Shown piece by piece: positions 1-8,553 of a DNA stretch of 37,208 nucleotides (position 1 is its first letter; each line of letters opens with the position of its first letter). The DNA is from Acidimicrobiales bacterium (GTDB lineage: Bacteria > Actinomycetota > Acidimicrobiia > Acidimicrobiales > VFJN01). Under the pieces are notes generated by a model, which saw only the letters and a list, made by a program, of their open reading frames with translations, made no database searches and was not told where the DNA came from. The translations under genes were made by a program, and so were the position numbers. Location: NCBI GenBank assembly GCA_046595835.1, contig JBKJSO010000084.1:1-37208 (forward strand), given 5' to 3'.

Positions 1-2
1 GT

Positions 3-680
3 GGGTTCGGGCCGGGAGCCAACGTCGGGTTCCGCCACATCCTCGCCCACCCCCACCCCGACGACGGCGAGTGGGTCGGCCTGGCCCCCCAGGACGCCGA
101 GCCGGCGGCCGACTGCCTCACCCGCATCATGGCCACGGTGGCCGAGCGACCGCGTGCGGGGCTGGCCTGTGCCGACTTCGGCGACGGCGCCACGCCGGTG
201 GTGGACCCCTACTTCGGGGGCATCCTCGCCGCTGCGACCGTGGAGGAGGGATGGGAGCCCGCCGGGCACCCGCACGGCACCCTCATGCTGGCCCGCCGTG
301 ACGTCCTCAACGAGGTGGGTCTCTTCGACGAGCGCTACTTCGCCTACTGCGAGGAGGCCGACCTCGCGCTGCGCGCCGCCGACGCAGGCTGGGAGACGGG
401 CCTGATCCGTGGCGCCATCGTGGTGAACCCCGACCTCGGCACGCGCATCGCCGTGATCGACTACCTCCAGCTCCGCAACACGCTGCTCCTCGTGCGCGAG
501 CACTCCGGTCGGTACCACGCCACGATCCGAGGCCTGCTCGCCGTGGGGCAGCTCGTGAGCGGCCTCGTGTCGCCGGCGCGCCGCGGTCCTTACTGGGACC
601 CGTGGGCCCGGGTGCGGGCGCTCGTCGACCACGCTCGCGGCCGCTACGGCCCACCGCCCGCGGCCCTGCTCCACCGATAG
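3..680 (+). CDS. Glycosyltransferase family 2 (GT-A fold, WbbL/rhamnosyltransferase-like), C-terminal part; 5' end lies outside the window
   Basis: Frame 3 is open from the window edge (GFGPGANVGFRHIL... precedes the listed ATG at 129). GFGxGxNxG and FDERYFAYCEEADLALRA motifs are typical of GT2 enzymes. Third codon positions are strongly G/C. Confidence 0.75.
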   Translation, partial: GFGPGANVGFRHILAHPHPDDGEWVGLAPQDAEPAADCLTRIMATVAERPRAGLACADFGDGATPVVDPYFGGILAAATVEEGWEPAGHPHGTLMLARRDVLNEVGLFDERYFAYCEEADLALRAADAGWETGLIRGAIVVNPDLGTRIAVIDYLQLRNTLLLVREHSGRYHATIRGLLAVGQLVSGLVSPARRGPYWDPWARVRALVDHARGRYGPPPAALLHR

Positions 681-689
681 CCCCCTCGC

Positions 690-950
690 TCAGGTGATTC
701 GGCCATCCTCCGCAGCCTGCACCTCGTGGCGGATCCGCAGGAGGTACCAGGTCGACACGATCATCCCGCCGAGGAGCGTGGCCGCCGCGAACATGATCCC
801 CGCCATCCACACCACCTGGCGGCGACCCGACAGCGACCACGCCCACTGCGGGCGCCGAGCTGCGTCGAGGAGGGCCCACAGGGTGAGCGACAGCGGGACG
901 GCGGCGAAGACCGCGAGCACGACGGCCACGGCGAGTCGGCTGAGATCCAC
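690..950 (-). CDS. Small two-TM membrane protein, PLD-nuclease-N-terminal-like (PLDc_N type)
   Basis: 86 aa with a GTG start. Two hydrophobic helices flank LWALLDAARRPQWAW...VVWMAGIMF, which resembles the small PLDc_N membrane family. High GC3. Confidence 0.5.
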   Translation of the reverse strand: MDLSRLAVAVVLAVFAAVPLSLTLWALLDAARRPQWAWSLSGRRQVVWMAGIMFAAATLLGGMIVSTWYLLRIRHEVQAAEDGRIT

Positions 951-1026
951 GCCGCGGTTCTAGCGCCAGTCGCCCCAGCGATCGAACGGCGCCGCTCGCT
1001 GGTGCGGGCGTCTACGGTCGGCGGCC

Positions 1027-1806
1027 ATGCCCCGCCTCAGCCAGCTCAGCCGGTCCATCGTCGGCAAGGTCGCCATCGTCACCGGCGCGGCCAGCGGGAT
1101 GGGGCGTGCCACCGCGCAGCTCTTCGCCGATGAGGGCGCCCTCGTGGCAGCCCTCGATCGCGATGCCGACGGCGTCGCTGCGGTGGTGGCGGAGATCGAA
1201 GGAGCGGGTGGGCGAGCCGTGGCGATCGGCGTCGACCTTGCCGACGGAGACGCCACCGACGCGGCGATCGCATCGGCTCGCGCCCGGCTCGGCGCCATCG
1301 ACATCCTCGTCAACAACGCCGGCGTGAGCATCCCGGCCCCGATCGAGATGGATGGGTTCGAGGCCGCGTGGGCCACCACGCTGGCCGTGAACCTCACCGC
1401 CTACACGCGCACCATCCGTGCTGCGGTGGCCGACCTGCGGCGCGAGGGCGCGGGACGGATCGTGAACATCGCCTCCACCGAGGGTCTCGGCGCCACCGCC
1501 TACATGGCCCCGTACACGGCGGCCAAGCACGGCGTGGTGGGCCTCACCCGCTCGCTCGCGGTGGAGCTCGGCCCAAGCGGGGTCACCGTCAACTGCATCT
1601 GCCCGGGCCCCATCCGAACCGGTATGACGGCCGCCATCCCTAACGACGCCAAGGTGAAGTTCGCCCGCCGGCGCGTCCCGATGCGGCGCTACGGGGAGCC
1701 GGAGGAGGTGGCCCAGATCACGCTCTCGCTGGTGCTCCCGGCCTCGTCGTTCCTCACAGGCGCAGTGATCCCGGTCGACGGCGGCCTCACCGTCCAGAAC
1801 ACCTGA
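1027..1806 (+). CDS. Classical short-chain dehydrogenase/reductase (FabG-like)
   Basis: Cofactor motif TGAASGMGRA, NNAGV, catalytic YTAAKHGVVGLTRSLA, and PGPIRT. Confidence 0.9.
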   Translation: MPRLSQLSRSIVGKVAIVTGAASGMGRATAQLFADEGALVAALDRDADGVAAVVAEIEGAGGRAVAIGVDLADGDATDAAIASARARLGAIDILVNNAGVSIPAPIEMDGFEAAWATTLAVNLTAYTRTIRAAVADLRREGAGRIVNIASTEGLGATAYMAPYTAAKHGVVGLTRSLAVELGPSGVTVNCICPGPIRTGMTAAIPNDAKVKFARRRVPMRRYGEPEEVAQITLSLVLPASSFLTGAVIPVDGGLTVQNT

Positions 1807-1827
1807 TCGACAACTAGGTTCAGCGCG

Positions 1828-2874
1828 ATGACGGTGCGGATCGGGTTCCTCGGGGCGGGTCTCATCGCCACCTACCACGGCAAGAGCCTCCGGCGATCGG
1901 GGGCCGACCACGTCATCGCGGCCGTGCACGATCCCGACGCGGCGCGCCGTGAGGCGTTCGCGGCCGCCTCCGGAGCCACGGCGATGGCGACCGAGGAGGC
2001 CGTGCTCGACGCGGTAGACGCGGTGTACGTGTGCACATGGACGAGCGAGCACCCCCGGCTGGTGGCCGCCGCAGTGGAGCGCCGACTGCCCATGTTCTGC
2101 GAGAAGCCCCTTGCGACCACGCTGGAGGGCGCGCGGGCGATGCGCGACGCGGTGGTGGCGGCCGGCGTGGTGAACCAGGTGGGTCTGGTGCTGCGGTCCA
2201 GCCCGTCGTTCCTCGAGCTCGAGCACCAGCTGGCCCAACCTGCGAATGGTCGCGTGCAGGCCGTCGTGCTGCGCGACGACCAGTTCCTCCCGGTGCAGGG
2301 CATGTACGGCTCCACCTGGCGCGGCGATGTGGCGCGCGCCGGCGCGGGCACGATGCTCGAGCACTCGATCCACGACGTCGACGCCCTCGAGTGGCTCCTC
2401 GGGCCCATCACCTCGGTCAGCGCCCGATCATCCACCTTCCACGACAACCCCGGCATCGAGGACACGGTCGTGGCGAGCATGGAGTTCGACGGCGGCGCGC
2501 AGGGCAGCCTCACCAGCGTGTGGCACCAGCTCCTCGAGCGGCCCAGCCTCCGTCGCCTCGAGGTGATCTGCGAGCGGGCCTTCTTCACGCTCGAGCATGA
2601 CGTCATGGGGCCCATCACCTGGACGCGGGCCGACGGCGAGTCAGGCTCGCTCGAGGGCGAGGCCCTCTTCACAGCGGTGGCCGAGCGCCACGACGGTCGC
2701 CTCCCGAACCAGGACCGCGGCTTCGTGGAAGCCGTGGCGTCCGGTCAGCCTGGCCCCCACCCCGACCTCAGCACGGCCGTGCGGGCTCACGAGGTCGTCG
2801 ACGCCGTCTACCGCTCGGCCGCCGAGGGCGGCTCACCCGTTCTGTGTGCTCTCAACCACGACATACGTGGCTGA
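1828..2874 (+). CDS. Gfo/Idh/MocA family NAD(P)-dependent oxidoreductase
   Basis: N-terminal Rossmann IGFLGAGLIATYH and the CEKPLA (EKP) motif. Length of 348 aa is typical for the family. Confidence 0.9.
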   Translation: MTVRIGFLGAGLIATYHGKSLRRSGADHVIAAVHDPDAARREAFAAASGATAMATEEAVLDAVDAVYVCTWTSEHPRLVAAAVERRLPMFCEKPLATTLEGARAMRDAVVAAGVVNQVGLVLRSSPSFLELEHQLAQPANGRVQAVVLRDDQFLPVQGMYGSTWRGDVARAGAGTMLEHSIHDVDALEWLLGPITSVSARSSTFHDNPGIEDTVVASMEFDGGAQGSLTSVWHQLLERPSLRRLEVICERAFFTLEHDVMGPITWTRADGESGSLEGEALFTAVAERHDGRLPNQDRGFVEAVASGQPGPHPDLSTAVRAHEVVDAVYRSAAEGGSPVLCALNHDIRG

Positions 2875-2890
2875 GGGTGCACAGAAGCTG

Positions 2891-3544
2891 TTAGTGGTTG
2901 GTCACTCGGCGGGTGAGGCGGTCGGCGCCGGCATCGAGGCCGGGGAGCTGGGCCTGGAGCGGGAGCCCGAGGCTGGCGACGCGGTCGAAGACGAGGGTCT
3001 CGGCCTCAGCCCAGCTGGTGGCGCGTGGCCCGTCGACATCGCGGTTGTAGGGAGCGTCGAACACGATCACGTGGTTGCCTGCCTGGCGCAGGGCGGCGAC
3101 GTTGTGCGACGCATCGTCGATGTAGGCGTCGGCCTCCACCTCGGGCTTGGCGCCGAGGAAGCAGATGTCGCGATAGGGGATGCCCTCGTCGTCGAGCCAG
3201 GCCACCGTGTCGGCCACCGCGATCGCATGCCCCCAGTTCACGCACAGCCGGTGGGTGATGATCCGGATCCACACGCCTGCGTCCGACAGCCGCCACAGGG
3301 CCTCCGCCACGCCGGCCATGGCTGGCATGTGGCGGAACATGCGGTGCTCGAGCACCGCCACCCGATGGAGGCGGTCGAACTCGTCGGGACCGTCGATGCC
3401 CCACTCGGCGAAGTCCCACGACCGGGCGTCGCCGAGCGTGTCGGGGTCGACGTCGCGGTCCTTGGCCACCACGCGTCGGAAGGCGGCCGTGTAGTCGCCG
3501 CACACGCCGTCGAGGTCGACCCCGAGGATGAAGTCGCGGCTCAT
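2891..3544 (-). CDS. HAD-superfamily 5'(3')-deoxyribonucleotidase-like phosphatase (NT5C family)
   Basis: I place the start at ATG 3544 (MSRDFILGVDLDGVCGDY). The 64-aa upstream extension of the listed ORF is P/R/S-rich and overlaps the next gene. HAD motif I is DLDGV; IITHR and YIDDASHN are the later HAD motifs. Confidence 0.8.
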   Translation of the reverse strand: MSRDFILGVDLDGVCGDYTAAFRRVVAKDRDVDPDTLGDARSWDFAEWGIDGPDEFDRLHRVAVLEHRMFRHMPAMAGVAEALWRLSDAGVWIRIITHRLCVNWGHAIAVADTVAWLDDEGIPYRDICFLGAKPEVEADAYIDDASHNVAALRQAGNHVIVFDAPYNRDVDGPRATSWAEAETLVFDRVASLGLPLQAQLPGLDAGADRLTRRVTNH

Positions 3545-3554
3545 GGGGCCATGC

Positions 3555-4229
3555 TCACAGGGCCGCGCCGAGGAAGTCGAGGGTGGCGTCGATGGCGCCG
3601 AAGTCCTTCGGCGTGGCGAAGTGGTCGACGTTGCGCAGCGTGACCAGCTCGGCCTGGGGTAGGGCCTCGGCCAGCGGCTCGCCCGGTCCGGCGAAGTCCT
3701 TGTCGCCGATGACGATGAGCACGGGCAGCTCCACACGAGCGAGGCGCTCGGGCGTGAGGGCGGGTCGCCGCGAGCGCAGGCAGGCGGCCAGCGCTTCGCG
3801 GTCGACGCCCGGCTGCTGGGCCAGGCCTGCGAAGTACTGCACGACTGGATTGGTGGGATCGCCGTCGCCTTCGATGGCGCGCAGGATCACGTCGCTGCCC
3901 TCGGAGCGAAGGAGGTTGGCGCCCACGCCGGTGAGCACGAGCCGACTGAAGCGCTCGGGCATCTCGGTGGCGAGGGTGAGCAGCACCCGGGCGCCCAATG
4001 AGAACCCGATGGCGTCGACCGGCTCGTCGGGGAGCTGCGCGGCGACGAGCGACTCCATGGCCTCGTAGGCCGACGGCTCATGCGGTTTGTCCGCGGTGCC
4101 GTGGCCGAGCAGGTCGATGGGGATCGTGGTGCGGCCGCTGTCAGCGAGGAGGTCGAGCCACCCGTTGTCGCCCCAGGTGCGGGCGCTAGAGGTGGCGAAG
4201 CCGTGGACGAGAGCGACAGGAGCGGGCAC
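3555..4229 (-). CDS. Alpha/beta-fold hydrolase (serine hydrolase)
   Basis: HGF oxyanion region, nucleophile elbow GFSLG, Asp in VIGDKD and His in NVDHF. GTG start lies 10 nt downstream of the AftD-like stop. Confidence 0.85.
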   Translation of the reverse strand: MPAPVALVHGFATSSARTWGDNGWLDLLADSGRTTIPIDLLGHGTADKPHEPSAYEAMESLVAAQLPDEPVDAIGFSLGARVLLTLATEMPERFSRLVLTGVGANLLRSEGSDVILRAIEGDGDPTNPVVQYFAGLAQQPGVDREALAACLRSRRPALTPERLARVELPVLIVIGDKDFAGPGEPLAEALPQAELVTLRNVDHFATPKDFGAIDATLDFLGAAL

Positions 4230-4239
4230 GGCGCGGACC

Positions 4240-7200
4240 CTATCGGCGCCTGGCGCCGCGGAGGGCGATCACGATCGCGTCCACGACGATGGCCAGGACC
4301 GCGAACCAGGCGATCGGGTGGGCGCGGTGAAGCTCGGCCGCCCAGTCCAGACCAGGGGCGATGTGGTGGCGCAGCACCGTCAACACGACGTAGCTGGCGC
4401 TGGCGCCCATGGCGGCGGGAGCCGCCAGCGCGGTGACGCGGCGAGGGAGTGCGCCGCGGGCGACGACGAGCGTGAGGAGTCCCACGAGGAGCGCGACGAC
4501 CGGGCTCACGAGCGCCGCGCCGAGCCCGGCCAGCGCGACGGCCACGGCCGCTGCCGCGGGGTAGGACAGGGGCGGTCCCGCAGTGTCGACCGAGGCCAGC
4601 GTTAGGGAGTCGGGCCCACCTGCCTCCCAGTCGCTCGCCGCGGGCCGCCGCGTGCGCTTGGATCCGGCCGGTCGCCGAACCGTGAGGCCAATGCAGACGA
4701 GCGCGGCGGCGAGCGACCCCCACAGCGCAAGGTCGACCCGATGCTGGGGCGTGAAGCGGAGCGACACCTGGAAGGAGGCGCGACGGGGGCTGATCTGCCA
4801 CCCGTTGGCGAACCCGTCCACGAGGGTCGGCGCGCCGAGATCCTTACCGTCGATGGTGGCGTGCCACCCGGTGTTCCAGCTCTGGCCGAAGGCGAGCCAG
4901 AACGGAGAGTCAGGCCGCGCCCCGCTGACGCGCAGGTCGACGGCGTCGGCGCTCTGGTGCACGACGGTGGTCGTCGGGGGCGGGCTCGAGGCTGACGCTC
5001 TGGCGGCGGCCCGGAGCGTGCTCGTCGGGTCGACGGTTGGAGCACCGCCTGCCCCAGAGCGCAGCACGAGGCGGTCGATGTCGACGCCCGTGTCAGAGCC
5101 CCGCGCGGCACGGAGCTCGTGGTCGCCGCTCGTCAGGTCCACCGGCGCCCCCGTGCAGGAGGTGAGCGGGAGCGGCGCTCCTGTGACCGCGTCGGCGGCC
5201 GTGCCCGTCACCTGAACGGGCAACGGGTGCCCGTCGAGCGTCACGAGGTCGGTGCGGCATCCGGTGGCAAAGGCGCCGCGCGGCGCCGGCCGCTCGAAGC
5301 CGGCCGCCCCGAGCTCGGCGACCGCCACAGGCATCGTGCGGAGCTTGTGGGTGCGCCAGTCCGGCGTGTCGATGCCGCGCACGGCCTCGATCGTCACCCG
5401 CAACCGGCTCGCGCTGACCGGGCCCGGGAGCGCGATGGACGCCGTCCTCGTTGTGCCGGGGCGCGCCCCATCGGCGATGGTGGGTACTGCCGCGGACGTC
5501 ATCCGCTGTCCGTCGACCTCGATCCCGAGCTGCGTGGGCACCGAATGGCGGCCGTCAGCTAGCAGCGTGAGGTCGAGGTGGTCCACGACGCGTGGCGACG
5601 GGCTCGTCACCTCGATCCACTGGCCGGCTTGCTCGCCGAACGCGGGGGTCCAAGCCGTCGCCCGATCGCCATCGAGAGCGGCGCTGGCCCGCGCCGCCGG
5701 TCCGGCCATCCGGCTCGAGGACGCGGCGATCGTGCCGGCGCTCGGATCGAGCTGGCGGTCGAGCAGGGCATCGGCGGCGCGGGGCGAGAGGCGGGCGGTG
5801 CCGCTCAGCGCGAAGCCGCGGGACGTCGGCAGATCGAGGAGGCGAACGAGCGCCGGCTCCTCGTCGAGGCGCTCGACATCGGTGGGCGCTGAGCGCAGGC
5901 GGGTGAGCACGACCGCGAGGGCATGGTCGGACGAGGCGGGCCCTGCTCGGCGCAGCAGGTCGACGGGTGGGCGGATGGCTTCGTCGAGGCGGAGGTCGCC
6001 GACGCGGACCTCGGCGAAGCCGGTGCTCGTGAGGCCCCCGGAGCGGGCGTGTCGGCCCGCGGTGTCGGCGAGCACCTCGATGGTGAGGCGCGAGAACGTG
6101 CGTCGGCCGATGTCGACGGTCTGGCCGGTTCCGCTGCGGGAGCGGTCGTTGAGGTCGACGGCGACCTGCGGCCCGCCGTCGAAGCGCAGCGCGACCCGGC
6201 TGACCCATCGGTTGATCGGCGGCGGGGGAGCGAGGAAGGTGAGCGTGCTCGTGGTGACCGGTCGCGTGGTGCGCAGCTCGAGCCGCTGACCTTCCACCGG
6301 GTCATCGCGCGAGGCGCGCCACGAGGTGGTGGGGTCGCCGTCGACCGCGTTGGCCGGGCGATCCTCGGGGAGGTACTCGTTGCGGCCGCCGTAGGACGTG
6401 GCGTTGGCGGTGATGCCGCCTCGGTGGATGGCGACGGTGCGGGCGTCATCGGTAGCCGTGAGGAACACGGGAAGGCGGGCGTCGCTGCGGTCGATGGCCA
6501 GCGGAGCGAGCCCGGCCGGCTCCGTGTAGCCGTTGGTGAAGCGGATCGTGCCCCACCGCTCGCCGCGGCGGCGGTTGCTGTCGGTGACGACGAGGATCGC
6601 ACCAGCGTCGAGGGCGGCGCGGACCTCGACGTCGGACATGGACGCGCTGTAGCGCAGCAGCTCGGTGCCGTCGATGAGACCAGCGGCGGCACTGTCGACG
6701 AGGCCGTCGCCGTCGCCGGCCACCACCACCGGCGCGGTCGTGGCCTTGGCGGTGACGATGGGCAGGGCGCGGGTGACGGGCAGGACGGTGACGGGGAAGG
6801 GCTCGGCACCGCCACGGGGCGAGCTCAGCTCGAGCTCATCGAGCATTGGTGCTGGTCGCTGGGCCACGTTGGCCGTCGGTGCGCCGAACTCCGTCGCCTC
6901 GCCGATGCCGGGCGCGCCGAGGAGGAAGCGCCACAGATCGCGCGGCCGCGGTGTGTCGTAGTGCTCGTACTGGAGGTCGTCGCGCACGAGGAGCTGGCCG
7001 GCGCGCATGGTTCGGGCCATCGGGGCGACCGTGCTCCGCTCGGCGATGTTGGCCTGGAGGCGCCCGTCGAAGGCCTTGAGCAGGTTCCACGCCGCGACCC
7101 CGCTCATGGGCTGCAGCTCACGGGCGACGATGGGGCGGTCGGTGAGGCCCGGCGTGACGGGATCGACGGTGGTGCCCCAGCGGTAGGACGTGAAGTCGGT

Positions 7201-8553
7201 GCCGGGCACCTCGAGCACACGCGTGCCATCGTCGGTGGCGTCGAGGTGGGCACCGGCCTCCACCCAGTAGCGCGGGATCGCCTCGGGTCGGCGCAGGTTC
7301 TCGGGCACGAAGGTCCGCTGCCACAGCGGCGGGAGGCTGAGGACCACGAGGCCGATCACCACGGCGCTGACGGGGAGCGCGGCCCTGGGCACCCGCCGGC
7401 CGAGCGCCTCTGCGCCGGCGCCGAGCATCACGCTCAGGGCGAGGATGACGAGGGGCGCGGCGCGCGGCATGCTCCGCATGGCCATGCCGACATCGCTGTG
7501 CAGGAACGAGCGCAGCCCGCGACCGAAGGGTGGTGGGTGGTCGTACGGGTACACGCCGACGGCCAGCGTCAAGCCGACGGCGGCGAGCAGCACCACGAAG
7601 GACCGCTCCCGCCAGCGAGCGAGGGCGCCACCGGTCAGCGCGAGCACTGGGATCGAGAACGTGGCCAGCAGCAGCCACACCGAGGTCTGGAACGGGCGGC
7701 TCGGTCCTACCCAAGGGCCGAGCGCGTCATCGCCATAGAAGAACCAGTAGCCCAGCCCGCGGAGCACCTCCTGCGCCGAGGATGCAGCTGCCGTCGTCTG
7801 CACCGACTCCGTGTAGCGGTGCACGTCGATGCCATTGGTGGCCTGCACCGAGAGCCCCACGATCCACCAGGCGCTGGTGGCCAGCGTGAGGACGCCGATG
7901 CGGGCGACGGCGGCGGTAGCGCGACCGACCGTCTGCTCCCGAGTGGCCAGGGCCCACAGCACCCACAGCGCAGGGCCGATGCCGACCAGCAGGATGGAGG
8001 TGGCGTTGCTGGTGCCCACCGTGGCGACGACGAGGGCGAAGGCCGCGGGGTGGCGCCAGCTCCTCGTGCGCAGGGCGCGAGCGGTGAGGGCGATCATCCA
8101 GGGCAGTGCGGCGAACGGGAGCAGGATCACCGAGATCCGCACCGCGATGGTGAGCAGGTACGGCGTGAGCGCGTAGGCGCACATCGCCACGCCCACGCCG
8201 TGCCCGCGCCACCCGTAGGTGCGCAGGAGATAGCGCATGCCGAGGCCGGCCGCCAGCATGATCGAGCCGAGCCACAGCCGCTGGGCCACCCAGTCGGGTG
8301 CGCCGGCGTGCTGGAACAGCCAGTAGTAGGGCCCCATCGGCCACAGGAAGCCGATGTTCTGGTGGGTGACCGTGCCCATCCCCACGTGGGGATCCCACAT
8401 CGACCAGGCGCGGGCCAACATCCGATCGGGATCGAGGTAGAGGTACGACTTGGTGTCGGCCACCACCTGGCCGGGTGAGGTGGCCAGCAGCGGGAGGTAG
8501 CAGAGCGCGCCGAACGCGAGGAGCGGGCTGGCCCGACGGAGGCGAGCGCTCAA
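4240..8553 (-). CDS. AftD-like alpha-(1->3)-arabinofuranosyltransferase family protein (DUF3367-type giant GT-C), paralog 1, 1437 aa
   Basis: N-terminal DTKSYLYLDP...WDPHVGMGTVTHQNIGFLWP...GAPDWVAQRLWLG block typical of the AftD family, followed by many TM helices. The large soluble region has two discoidin/CBM-like DGDxxTxW motifs, and there are C-terminal TM helices. TTG start overlaps the GT4 stop (TTGA). Confidence 0.85.
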   Translation of the reverse strand: MSARLRRASPLLAFGALCYLPLLATSPGQVVADTKSYLYLDPDRMLARAWSMWDPHVGMGTVTHQNIGFLWPMGPYYWLFQHAGAPDWVAQRLWLGSIMLAAGLGMRYLLRTYGWRGHGVGVAMCAYALTPYLLTIAVRISVILLPFAALPWMIALTARALRTRSWRHPAAFALVVATVGTSNATSILLVGIGPALWVLWALATREQTVGRATAAVARIGVLTLATSAWWIVGLSVQATNGIDVHRYTESVQTTAAASSAQEVLRGLGYWFFYGDDALGPWVGPSRPFQTSVWLLLATFSIPVLALTGGALARWRERSFVVLLAAVGLTLAVGVYPYDHPPPFGRGLRSFLHSDVGMAMRSMPRAAPLVILALSVMLGAGAEALGRRVPRAALPVSAVVIGLVVLSLPPLWQRTFVPENLRRPEAIPRYWVEAGAHLDATDDGTRVLEVPGTDFTSYRWGTTVDPVTPGLTDRPIVARELQPMSGVAAWNLLKAFDGRLQANIAERSTVAPMARTMRAGQLLVRDDLQYEHYDTPRPRDLWRFLLGAPGIGEATEFGAPTANVAQRPAPMLDELELSSPRGGAEPFPVTVLPVTRALPIVTAKATTAPVVVAGDGDGLVDSAAAGLIDGTELLRYSASMSDVEVRAALDAGAILVVTDSNRRRGERWGTIRFTNGYTEPAGLAPLAIDRSDARLPVFLTATDDARTVAIHRGGITANATSYGGRNEYLPEDRPANAVDGDPTTSWRASRDDPVEGQRLELRTTRPVTTSTLTFLAPPPPINRWVSRVALRFDGGPQVAVDLNDRSRSGTGQTVDIGRRTFSRLTIEVLADTAGRHARSGGLTSTGFAEVRVGDLRLDEAIRPPVDLLRRAGPASSDHALAVVLTRLRSAPTDVERLDEEPALVRLLDLPTSRGFALSGTARLSPRAADALLDRQLDPSAGTIAASSSRMAGPAARASAALDGDRATAWTPAFGEQAGQWIEVTSPSPRVVDHLDLTLLADGRHSVPTQLGIEVDGQRMTSAAVPTIADGARPGTTRTASIALPGPVSASRLRVTIEAVRGIDTPDWRTHKLRTMPVAVAELGAAGFERPAPRGAFATGCRTDLVTLDGHPLPVQVTGTAADAVTGAPLPLTSCTGAPVDLTSGDHELRAARGSDTGVDIDRLVLRSGAGGAPTVDPTSTLRAAARASASSPPPTTTVVHQSADAVDLRVSGARPDSPFWLAFGQSWNTGWHATIDGKDLGAPTLVDGFANGWQISPRRASFQVSLRFTPQHRVDLALWGSLAAALVCIGLTVRRPAGSKRTRRPAASDWEAGGPDSLTLASVDTAGPPLSYPAAAAVAVALAGLGAALVSPVVALLVGLLTLVVARGALPRRVTALAAPAAMGASASYVVLTVLRHHIAPGLDWAAELHRAHPIAWFAVLAIVVDAIVIALRGARRR

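Noticed and set aside
1027-1806. Whether the classical SDR at the left flank is the DprE2 equivalent
   Set aside because: Its motifs (TGAASGMG, NNAGV, YTAAKHGVVGL, PGPIRT) are generic FabG-like. It is separated from UbiA by more than 10 kb and lies on a different transcription unit. There is no basis to call it DprE2.
3545-3736. N-terminal extensions of several listed ORFs (2891-3736, 13447-15096, 15649-17181, 18631-20904, 27599-29686, 34135-35385)
   Set aside because: The extensions are P/R/S/G-rich and overlap the preceding gene. In each case an internal ATG or GTG sits exactly at a 1- or 4-nt overlap with the upstream stop, or immediately before the first conserved motif. I trimmed the starts accordingly.
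5923-8478. 851-aa ORF on the plus strand, antisense to AftD-like paralog 1 (also 5252-6289, 5805-6815 and 7727-8674)
   Set aside because: The composition is dominated by G, R, A, H, D and E runs with no recognisable motif. It lies entirely opposite a gene with strong family-specific motifs and TM architecture. Long stop-free antisense frames are expected at this GC content.
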